Source of the DNA: Utricularia gibba | Lineage: Eukaryota; Plantae; Magnoliophyta | Length of the DNA stretch: 64,000 bases | NCBI GenBank assembly: GCA_002189035.1 | Contig: NEEC01000012.1 | Location: forward strand, 1,302,001-1,366,000 | Reading direction: 5' to 3' | Part shown: positions 25,887-36,511 of the stretch, one piece after another | How positions within the stretch are numbered: position 1 is the first letter of the stretch | Layout: every line of letters starts with the position of its first letter | The notes under the pieces: generated by a model | The model's database searches: none | What the model was told of the DNA's origin: nothing | Seen by the model: the letters and a program-made list of their open reading frames with translations, nothing else | Translations under genes and position numbers: made by a program

Positions 25887-26775
25887 TGATAAGTGATTTT
25901 GTGTTGTTCCAAAACACGTTCTTCTACTACTCTTGAGTATTGTTTTTACGTATTTTAGACTCCATTTTCTCATTATTTTCAATTGATTTTGTATGTTTCA
26001 CACTACTTTGATCTCTTTGAAGAGAAGATATATTTTGTGGATTTTTGAAGAGAAAGTATATTTTTACGTATTTTATACTCTCTCAACCATTAAAGATGTC
26101 TTTGACCACTTTTCCTTTGTACTTTTCCTATTTTTGTGTCTATTTTCATGTTAGAGTCGAGTCTGTGCGTATAGGTGCTTGCAGCTGAGGATCTGCGGTG
26201 AAGCCTTCCTTACGCATGTCCTGCGCGTGTAACTCTTTTACTATGTTTTTCGACATTTAAATTGAAGTTTGATTATGTTTTTTGCAATGTTTTCTTTAAT
26301 AATGTACTCTTTAGTATTACATAACCCGAAGGGAGTGTGAGAAAATCAAAGGTTGGCCTCAAGCACCTAAGTAGAAGGCCTCAATTGGACATCATTGGTA
26401 AGTCAAATTTTCTCTAATCTGTCTGCGAGGTGTGAGGTGTAGGGGTTAGATTTGGGTGTGGGGAAAACAAGGGTTATCACAAGAGGTGAAATGGCTCTGG
26501 TGACATGGTTGATTCCATAATCCCACAAAACAAAGGACGGTGCTATAACAGTCACCGAGTAGCACTACTTTAGAATAACACCTCAGAGCTTGCGCAAGCA
26601 CGTTAGTCTTCAAGGTTTGCACACACGCAAGGGCGAGTTTTAAGCAAGGCAGATCTTAGATTCAAGGCCACTTTTCTTAGTGTTTTCAAAACCAAATCTT
26701 TCTTTTGTTTTCAATCTTTTTAAATCTTTGTTTTGAAAAGAAAATTCCAATAACAATTCACTGTGGATACGATCT
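25887..26775 (+). mobile_element. Ty3/gypsy-type LTR, copy A (3'-truncated, internal deletion)
   Basis: Starts TGATAAGTGATTTTGTG; long reverse-complement match to 27257-28409. Confidence 0.8.
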
Positions 26776-26833
26776 TCTTTTTCAGTCCTTGCAGGATGGC
26801 TGAAATTGCAGAAGAATTGTTAGAAGAATTATC

Positions 26834-26907
26834 AAGCGTGCTTGGGCGAGAGCAGTACTAGGATGGGTGACCCCCTGGGAAGTCCTCGTGTTGCATCCTT
26901 TTTTTTT
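26834..26907 (+). rRNA. 5S rRNA gene 3' half (~65 nt) plus oligo-T terminator; truncated orphon/pseudogene
   Basis: AAGCGTGCTTGGGCGAGAGCAGTACTAGGATGGGTGACCCCCTGGGAAGTCCTCGTGTTGCATCC-T9 is the nuclear plant 5S rRNA 3' region followed by a Pol III terminator; the 5' ~55 nt are missing. Confidence 0.9.
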
Positions 26908-27256
26908 CTTTATGCAGCTTGGCGCCACGTAAAAATCCCTCTCGCCCGTGTGGCACACCGACTTTTCTAGTTTCTAGTTGCCAACGTGCCCCTCGTACCT
27001 CGGGCTCTCGTGGGCATCAACAGAGCCTTCGCTGATCGCAAACATCTATGTCGTCCTCACGACGCACCGCTGCTGCGGCTGCATCATCCCCCGTGCGGCT
27101 GTGTTTTGAATTGCGCAGCATCATTTTGTGCTGCATCAAGCGAGCCCCCATGCGTGGGGCTCAGAAAGAGCTTTGAAACAATGTGCGATGCGTCACGTGG
27201 AAGAAAGCGGTCTGAAAGCTTATCATCAATCTAATTAGCCATAACTACCATATAAT

Positions 27257-28409
27257 TGATAGTGATTCTGCAAGTGAACAGAAACCGTTGAAGTAATAAA
27301 ATATGATCGTATCCACAGAGAATTGTTATTGGAATTTTCTTTTTAAACAAAGACTCAAAAAAGACCGAAAACAAAAAAAAGATTTGGTTTTAAAAACAAG
27401 AAGAAAAGTGGCATTGGACCTGGGATCCATCTTGCTTAAAACTCACCCAAACTTGTGTGTGTAAACCATGAAAATTGACCTGCTTACACAAGTTCTAGGG
27501 GTGTTATTCAAAAGTAGTGTTATTCGGTGACCGTTATAGCACAGACCCTTGTTTTGTGGGATTATGGAATCAACCACGCCATTAGATCCATTTCACCTCT
27601 TGTGATAACCCATGTTTTCCCCACACCCAAATCTAACCCCTACACCTTATACCTCGCAGACAAATTAGACAGAATGTGCCTTACCAATGATATCTCATTG
27701 AGCCCTTCTCCTTAGGTGTTTGAGGCCAACCTTTGATTCTCTCACACTCCCTTCGAGTTATGTGATACTAAAGAGCATGTTGGTAAAGAAAACGTTGCAA
27801 AAAAAAAAATCAAACCTCAATTTAAATGTTGAAAAACATAGTAAAATAGTCACACGCACAGGATTTGCGTAAGCAAGGCTTCACCGTAGATCCTCAGCAG
27901 TAAGCGTCTACACGCGCAGACTCAACTCTAACATGAAAATAGACATGAAAATAGGAAAAATACAAAGGAAAAGTGGTCAAAGGACGTCTCTAATGGTTGA
28001 GAGCGTGGGGTATGTATAGGAGAGTAGATCCAAATCTTCGTATTGAGCTTATTCGATTAGCTTGGATAAGATCTTCTATCCAAATCTTTTATCCAAATCT
28101 TCAAAGATCTTCTTTATATCTCTATCTTATCCACGAATCTTGAACCAAATCTTCATTGTTTGACCGAGTCTTGGGTTGAGATTCGTGGCCCATCAAGTCC
28201 ATAATTTGGTGGGACTTGATTTCTCCTCAAATTGATTCAAAAGTACTCTAAAAATCCACAAAATAAATTTTCTCTCCAAAAAGATCAAAGTAGTGTGAAA
28301 GATACAAAATCAATTGAAAATAATGATAAAATGGAGTCTAAAATAAGTAAAAACAACACTCAAAAGTAATGGAAGAACATGTTTTGGAACGACACAAAAT
28401 CACTGATCA
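27257..28409 (-). mobile_element. Ty3/gypsy-type LTR, copy B (full length)
   Basis: TG..CA termini; inverted homolog of copy A. Confidence 0.82.
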
Positions 28410-28620
28410 TAAATCTCTATATTTTGTGGTAATTACCTTGAATATTGTCCGACATGTTTGTGAATGACTATAGTTCTTATATATGATGCAATGTTACTAC
28501 TTATGATTGTTATGAATTGAATTATAATCAAATGGCTCTGGGTTGATTACCAATGTCAATAATTGATGATTACACAATTAGATCAATTTTGGCGAATTCA
28601 TACAAAATAACAAATGCAAA
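28410..28620 (+). pseudogene. ndhI: Plastid ndhI 3' fragment (NUPT, inverted)
   Basis: IFCGN..EYCPT...[22 protein letters not shown]. Confidence 0.85.
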
Positions 28621-28916
28621 ACCCTTGATTCAAAAACCTTGTAAAACCAATAACTTTTGAATCTAAAAAAATTAGATTTTTACTTAGTTACTCTAAAAGA
28701 AAAAAGGTGGGTCATAAGAATCATGTTTCCATTTTGACTTGAAATGTGTTTCTATTCGAAAATAATGATAAAGAAATTCAAATATAATATTAATATAGAA
28801 TTCACTTTAGCATGTTCAAGTATATAACTAGCCCGATACCAATAATTGTGTCTACATCAATATCAAACACCCCCAGCCCAACCCTCAGTCAATTAAAAAA
28901 TTCTAGGTTTTGTTGT

Positions 28917-29450
28917 ATAATTCCTTTGTGCCAGGTCAAGTCAACAAAAGCATGAACTTATAGTTTTTTTTCTTATTAAACATTGCTGGGATTCGATCTT
29001 ATATTAGGAAGTTTGATTTCCGAATACAATTTATTTGGCTTTTGTATTGGAATTTGTTTTTTTTTTTGTATATATTTTCTATATTCTATCAAACTTGTAT
29101 TTTGTAACTGCCGCACAACTTCTTATTTATGTAGTAGCTATAAATGTTCTAATCATTTTTTATGTGATGTTGATGAATGATTCATAATATTACAAAGATT
29201 TTCGTCTTGGTATCCTTGGGATTCAGTTTAATAGTTTCTACAAGTCTTTTTATTCCACTAATTGCCACTATTTTAAATACATCTCTCTTATACTACAAAA
29301 TCAAATCAAATTCTGGAGCAAGATTTGATAATTACTAGTCAACAAGTCGGAATTCATTTATCAACCGATTTTTTTCTTCCATTTGAACTTGCTTCGATTG
29401 TTCTTTTAGTGGATTTAATAGGTACAATTGCTATAACCCATCAAAAATAA
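28917..29450 (+). pseudogene. ndhG: Plastid ndhG pseudogene (NUPT, inverted)
   Basis: [18 protein letters not shown]...M.MN; [39 protein letters not shown]; stop at 29448-29450. Confidence 0.9.
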
Positions 29451-29537
29451 ATTTTAAAAATACATAATTTAAATAAAAAAACAATAGAATAAAGGAGACA
29501 GCAATACTTACATTGAAATTCCTATCTAAAATACAAT

Positions 29538-32500
29538 GGGCATGTTTTATTTTTTAAATTTTTTATTCCAATTACGTAGAATACGATCAGTTTTGAAATT
29601 ATTCGAGTAGAATTAATTTGTACATGTAAAACTGTTATGTTAGAAATGATAAAATTGTATTGTAGAGTTTGTTAATCAAAATATAAAAAACAAAAATACC
29701 CTTGCTTCAATTAAATTATTCTTTAATTTTTTTTCAATGAATAAAGAAAATAAAAAAGAAACCATAAACAGTTGTGATACTTCAGAATGTGGGAATCCTT
29801 AGAGTTGCCTCTAACTTTAGCTAGAATGCATGATGTGGCGATCAATTAGGCCTTGGCAATTGAGAAGTTGATTTTTGTCCAAAAATTTGATTAGAAATTC
29901 TTAATTTTATTTAGACTTGGTAATTATGATTATTTGTTAGTTTGTTTCTGTCTTCTTTATGTGAGCACTCTCTGAAGCTTGTCATACTATTTGCATATGT
30001 TTCTATATTGTCATGCATTCCTCTTAAATTTTACACTTCATTGAGCAATTGAGAAGTCAATTTTCGCCCAAAAATGTATAAGAAATCCATTTTTTTCAGA
30101 CTTGGTAATTATGATTCTTTGTTGGTTTGCTTCTATCTCCTTTAGTAGAATACTATTTGAAGCTTGTTCTATAATTTGCATGTGTTGTCTGTCTTATTTA
30201 ATTAGATGAGATGTTCAGAATAATTAGTTGTAGAGTTTCATTGTTTCTATGTACAGAATAAGAGGCATATGAATTCTTTTTCATTGTGGAAGCTGTATTG
30301 GTTCATTGGTATTGAGGCATTGTTTTCACAATAGGTGTAAACATGAGTAGTAATGATCACACGAAGTGAATCCTAGAAACACATATTATTTGTGTAGTAT
30401 TATTGTACTATGTATGGTTCGACACACATCAGTGTGAATATCACAAGGTTTTACATTTTACAACATACAAGTGCTACAAAATATTTTGCCTTACGAACCA
30501 CATTTTGTGATGCAAAACAACATAGGAACTCCCATTAATATCCTTTTTAGCATATGCAAGACATAAAACTTAAGTCTTATAGTATCATTCCAAATGGATG
30601 ATGCAATCTGATTTAAGACCATGTTCATGTACCCAATATAATTGAAATATTCAGGATCCTCCACTAATCAATTAAGTGCACCATCACTAGTAAATTTCAA
30701 CTCAGAATCAAATTCTATGTCATTTTCATCATCATTGCACCTAATATAATTATGTATATCTATTGCTGCAAGAATTGAGGCCTTTGCATTCCTCAAGAGT
30801 ACTTTCTAGAAATGCTGGTAATTATTTGGAATCGATTCTTCCATATTCCAAATATCGTCAATGCATGACCTATAAAGCGTTAACATAAGAATTTCAGTAT
30901 TCAAAAAATATACCAGTTAACATCTTATGTTAACTGAGATTTTAGGAACCAATACCTTAAAATAAAGCATATACTTGCCATTAGTGGCTATGTATGGGTG
31001 AGTTACATGCTGCAAATAATATGGTTTTATCAGGTTCCAAGACATTCTCAAAGTCGCTTGAAGTACATGATGAAAGGATCATTAAATTATTGACCTCAAT
31101 CAATGCATGAAGATTGCAGTTTGTCTCACTCTTTGCATAGTTCCTACCATGTACAAGAATGTACCAACTTTCTTAAGTACACTAATATTCCCATAAGCTT
31201 TTAAACTGTACGCTGAACTAAGATGTTCACATAGCTGAATGTATATCACTCTTTTCATTTGAAAGTTTTGAATGCCTAATGTAGGATTGCTTGTTATACA
31301 TTCATGAATAAAAAGTCCTGGATTATCATGAGCTGGGAGGACAGACTTTAATAATAGAACATCTCATAATATTCCAGGCTTGCAACAATAACAATCCACA
31401 AAACCATCCTTAAAATCTCCTTATCAACATTCTTCAAAGCACAATCCATGGATGTTAAAATTAAAACAATACTTGAAAAACCTTCACTAAAATCAAAGCA
31501 AGAATGTATTGCCTTTCAAATACCTACATTAAAATCTACAACACGTGTTGTTTATTGCTGACAGCTACTTTTTGTTATATAAAGAACCCACGGGAAATTG
31601 CAATTACAATAGAAACAATTGAATTAGAATGCTTTTTTTATATATTGATATTCTTTTTCTCATTTACGGTTGTGCAGTGTAATGCAATCTACACAACCTC
31701 AACTTATTTCTTCTTAAAAAGTTTCTTGTTTAATGATCAACATACTTACTTATAAATTATGTAGGTTCAATTTTCCACTAACATTTATGATGAAGGTTGT
31801 ACATGAGGGTACTAGTAGGGATGAGCCATGAAGATTATTAACCTATGAAACAATCATAGATTTTCATGAGTAAATAACGTTTTAGCATTTTTCATGATTA
31901 CTATATCTTCACAATGTCAAAGAACAATAAAGTTCAACATCATGCAAATTGCCAATGAATTTCAACAACATGTGAGATAATGAAAGATTTGAACGACTGA
32001 GTTCCCTTTTCATTGCATCCAAAATGAGTTGAGCTTGAGTTGTGCTGCTGTGAAGCTTCAAGAAGAGTAGCTGAGACTCAGGTTTCACAAACAATTATAT
32101 TGCATATCTATATCCATCACTTATCACCTCAAACCTCGGCAATGTTTCAGGAATGTCGACACATCGATTAATATCATCTTTCGTTAGTGCATTAGTAGCA
32201 TGTGAAGCAATACTAGCCGCATCACACTTTTCCAAATATGCTCGCATGCTATCAATAAAATGTGATAATCAATCACCTCGGGATATCTTCTTTTTCTTTC
32301 GTTTGAAACCTCATGGCACATTTGAAGCAAGCATGCTAACTTCAAGAGCTTCAACCGCAATGTTATCATCTTCATTTTCACAATTGCATTTTTGAAGTCT
32401 TGTGGATCTCATTATTTTCATCTGAATTCTCTTGTAGTTCTGGAGCGAACTGCCGTATGTAGGAGTTCCAAGCTTTATTTCGAGTTGCTAAGGTTCAATC

Positions 32501-33731
32501 AAAGATAAATGCTTGTTTCTCTGAAAGTATAGGATCTGCCTTTTTAAACCTTCTAGCAAAAGGCACTTCCTACAAATAATGTTAGAAGTGTCGATAAATA
32601 AACAAAAGAATCCAATTCATAAATAAATTATGCACCTTCAATTTTCACTCCACCACTCAGGGGTTTGGGAAATGGATCCAGTACCATAATCCCAACCTAC
32701 ATCACTCTCATCTTGGATCAATTCAGGAAATATAGATCACTCTTTTCTCATGTTGTCCATACAATTATTTAGGTGTAGTTAGCTATATCACTTTTCAGTT
32801 GCACTTTGGAATTCTTCATATAATAACGTCCATTGTTCACTTGCAAGCTCTTCCTAAATTTTGTAGGATCCACACTCTTTCATAAAATATTTGCTCAAGC
32901 TATAATGAGTGCTTGATTTTGTTCTCTACTACACCAATCTACTTGATCACCCTCCATCTCAGCAACACCACCCACGTCCATGAAATTAAATGAAGTATTA
33001 GGTGACGTTCTTGGTGCATGACATTGAGAAATAGTGATGTATGATGGTTCTTCTGACGTGGCGATCATCCATGGTTTGATGGTATTCATATCTCCTACAA
33101 AAATTGGAACTATAATTACAAAGAAGGTTTAAACTTGAAGACTCCAAATCTGATAACATAAATATCAAAATTCAATTGCACCCAAAATTTCTAAATCTCA
33201 TGACTTGAATTATTTGTTATATATGTGTGATTGCACCCAACAATTCATTCATCATCCCTAAACACAAAAATACCAAATCCCAAAAAATCGATTGAACCTA
33301 CAAAACAATTTTCATGACAACCCAAATAAGCTACTACGACTTTGAGGTATTTGGCAATAAATTACTGAAATAAAAAAAAACAGGATTTATAAAAATTGAA
33401 ACTTATTTGTAGATAAAACACTCAACATAAGGCTCTGAACGGTGAACTAGATGAAACTCGATGATGGATAGAGAAGGTGACTAGGGTTTTTGAAAATGGT
33501 TGATGAATAATAAATTTAGTTGGTGTTTAATATGAGGATATAAATGTATTTTTAGAGTGTGTAAAATGAATAGTTTTTTTTTTCATTTAACCTAAAAAAT
33601 GAAGATGTAATAAATTTAAAAGTTAATCATAGAATTTAATTTTTTTTATTTTATTATAGAACGGATGAAAATTGGAATATGTAAAAATCAAATACAATCA
33701 CTTTGAAAAATTAAGATAAGAGAACATACCC
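29538..33731 (-). mobile_element. PIF/Harbinger DNA transposon, decayed, with ORF1 (Myb/SANT-like) and DDE transposase remnants
   Basis: Imperfect ~26-bp TIRs GGGCATGTTTT.../...AGAACATACCC flanked by 3-bp AAT on both sides; ORF1 remnants QLKS and GWDYGTGSISQTPEWWSE (~32650-32800); transposase remnants FQMKRVIYIQLCEHL...VGTFLYMVG...SFHHVLQA, YMLYFK and MNMVLNQIASSIWND (~30580-31350); plastid ndhG-ndhE spacer on both flanks. Confidence 0.82.
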
Positions 33732-33868
33732 AATATAAAAACTTATGTTTGACTTTAGATTGATCTACTCCAAAGATATTCTCTTGGTCTATTCCACACT
33801 TATTGAGATCAAGTTGAGTTAACTTGTCTGGAGATTAAAATGAAGCAAACTTGGTAAAGAATTGATTA

Positions 33869-33945
33869 ATGATGCCGAAGATATACTTGTTATGCATGCC
33901 TATTTATTTGCTATTGGTACTTATGGATTAGTTATAAGTTCAAAC
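33869..33945 (+). pseudogene. ndhE: Plastid ndhE 5' part (NUPT, inverted)
   Basis: ATGATGCCGAAGATATACTTGTTATGCATGCCTATTTATTTGCTATTGGTACTTATGGATTAGTTATAAGT aligns to ndhE codons ~1-25 (MMLEHVLVLSAYLFSIG.YGLITS). Confidence 0.82.
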
Positions 33946-34293
33946 CAAAATCTAAACACTTATCAATTCATCCATGGGGTAGATCAGCAGCAACTGTTTG
34001 GATACGAAAATAATCATGCATCATGTGCATCCTGGTAGTAGCATTAAATATATTTAATTTATGATATGACTAGCCCTTATAGGTACTTGAACATTTCCCA
34101 GTTGTTCTAGTGCATTTACAGTTATGGCTTTTGTGAACATAATAACTAAATATTCTCAACGTATTACATAACCCAATATTGGCTCATAATCAATAACATC
34201 CTCACCGTCAAGAGTAACAATAAGTCAAAGAACACCATACATTGAAGGGTGGTGAAATCTCATATTGACTATTTTTAGAAATTAAATGACCAT
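33946..34293 (-). pseudogene. ndhH: Plastid ndhH 5' part (NUPT)
   Basis: Minus strand gives [79 protein letters not shown], with internal deletions. Confidence 0.9.
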
Positions 34294-34310
34294 TCCTTTA
34301 TCTTATTAGC

Positions 34311-36511
34311 TGTACAATATGACTGCTAATGTACTGGTTATAAACATAACCAAAACCCTTGTACATTTTCAAGTAGTGAAAGAATAAGTGTTTCTTTACA
34401 TGTTACCCTCTCTCTCCTCTAGTTTCTCTCATGGTATCGTAGCATTTACTCATCTAACTTTTATCTCCCTTTCTTGAAAACCAGAGTTTTTGATAGAAAA
34501 TCTGCACATCGTTCCCACTACCTCTGCCATAAAAGATCCTCAATCCCCTTACTATATCCCACCAAGTGACCATTTTGAATCTGGCACAAACAAAACATTC
34601 TGAAGTAGATAATTACCCCACCTAGGTTAGATCTGTAAAATTGCAACTCTACATATGAAACAAATTAGGTTTCATTTCTGAAGATCTCCCACAATCAGAT
34701 CCAGCACATCCAAATCCCCTTTCATGGAAGTGCTGCAATGACCTCTTTATCTCGTGGCTTCATTACTATATAGAGCCTGAATACCTTCTACTTTTTTTTT
34801 TATGAAACTAACACTTATGGAATCTAAAAAATCCTTGAAAAATGCAATGCTCAACCGAATGACACTAGAGTATGCGATATTTATCAAGAGCTTGGGAGGT
34901 TGCAATAAGGATCTCTTTCCATTGATAAATATTATAATTGATAAACGGAAATTTTAACAATGTCGTTGCAATAAAACCAAATTTCCGTATCAAATAAATT
35001 TATAGTCCCTAATCTTCATAAAATACAAATTAAACACAAAGTGTACAGTGGAATTCAAAGTTGATCACAAGGAGCTTGTGCTTGCTAAATGTTTTAATAG
35101 ATGCATAATTCGGAATACAGTGGCCTTAAATGAAATCAGGTTTCAATGCAAAAGTTAACCAGTATTGGTTCTAACTTAAAATAATACGAAGATGTCTTAA
35201 GGGTCTGTAGGTAGTGTGGTGCTAAAATGTCTAATTTAAATTACCATGTTCCTACACTCACAACTTCAAATAACCTAAATCTACTTAGGTCATTCATTAT
35301 ATTTTCGGCTAATCTAGTCCCTAATATTATCACCAACATTTCAATTAGGTCTACCCACATGCAAAGTGTATAGAACTAGATCTACCCGATTCTACTGGTT
35401 CTACCCTGAGCTAACACCTACTGCTCCCATCTTAATTTTGTTGGTCTACCTCTAAATCAAGCATCTAAATTGTGAAGCTACTTGTTTCCCTCCTTAAGTC
35501 TACCCATAGATTGATAGAAATAAAAGCTAAAAAACAATAATGAATTTTATTAAGAATTTTATTAGTCTTTGATCTTCAAGCCGGAGTTTCTTCTCCAGAA
35601 AATCGCTTTTATTTTTCCTTCTTATTTAGTATTCTTCGTGTTCGAGTTGGGGGAGAAACCCCCTCGTGTGTGTGTGTGTTGCAAACTCTCGTGCTCAAAC
35701 CCCTTTTGCGATTCTCTCTCCTCGCATTTCCTAAAGCAGGTATAGTCTCTGACATCTTTGTTGCTCATGCCCCTAACTTGCAAACTGCCGCCGCGATAGT
35801 ATATTCATTGCTCCCTGCTGCACAATGACTTGCACGCAATCCTTGCCTTCCATGATTTTCGGGTTGCTGCTAGACTCAAAATTGGGTTAGAACATTGGTG
35901 GAATAAATCAAAGGATTTAGCCCACTAACACACCAAAATCATATTTTTCTAAATTATATAAAAATACTTAAAACTATAAAATAAACAACTAAACATAATT
36001 AAAAACTTGTAATTTTCATATTCTAAAAATAGAAAAATTTGTGTGCTATCAATAATCAACTGCAAACTCTTTGGGTAGAGCTGGACAACTGCACACCTCT
36101 GATCCATTGTAGGAAATGTGTTAACAGAACTCGAACAAGAGCAAAGAGAGAAGAACAAATGAGGTCATTCCTTTCACCACCACAATATGAAGCATCTGCA
36201 CTTACCTCTCAAACTCATTACAAAAGTATCAAAAGGAAATGCTCTCACTATGGTCTTAATAACTATACTCGTGAGCAATGTTATAAACTTATTGGATATC
36301 CAGAAGATTCCTAGGAGGAGAAAACTAAGAGGCACAAAGCAAAGAAGGCTATACCTATTAAGTTTGCCAATAGTGTATGCACTAGCTGAAAATGATACAG
36401 CAAGCAAGGATGCCCAAAACTTTGGCAAACATAAACAAGTAACCCACAATGAACCATCTAATGCTGGTTCATTTGCTAGTAAACTTCCTCAGCCAAATTT
36501 TCATTTAGGAA
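34311..36511 (+). mobile_element. Ty1/copia (Ale-like) 5' remnant C4
   Basis: Short LTR-like 34311-34431, PBS-like TGGTATCGTAGC at 34432, gag remnants incl. KCSHYGLNN.TREQCYKLIGYP; fused at ~36512 to the truncated RT of C5. Confidence 0.65.
34939..36051 (-). mobile_element. Solo LTR (Athila-like) nested in C4
   Basis: TGATAAACGG...GTGTGCTATCA ends with perfect TSD ATAAT (34934-34938, 36052-36056); homologous to 55274-56657. Confidence 0.87.

Noticed and set aside
26834-26907. Cassandra TRIM as the source of the 5S sequence
   Set aside because: Match runs to the true 5S 3' end plus oligo-T terminator, and there is no second 5S-bearing LTR, PBS or PPT nearby.
26986-27234. 82-aa ORF in the GC-rich spacer
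   Set aside because: No recognisable motif; expected by chance in GC-rich DNA.
29538-33731. Mutator (MULE) assignment
   Set aside because: Short TIRs, 3-bp TSD and Harbinger-type ORF1 and transposase motifs fit PIF/Harbinger instead.
10030-34293. Window being genuine plastid or mitochondrial DNA
   Set aside because: Spliceosomal-intron gene, nuclear 5S fragment, dense LTR/DNA transposons and deamination-type stops indicate nuclear DNA.
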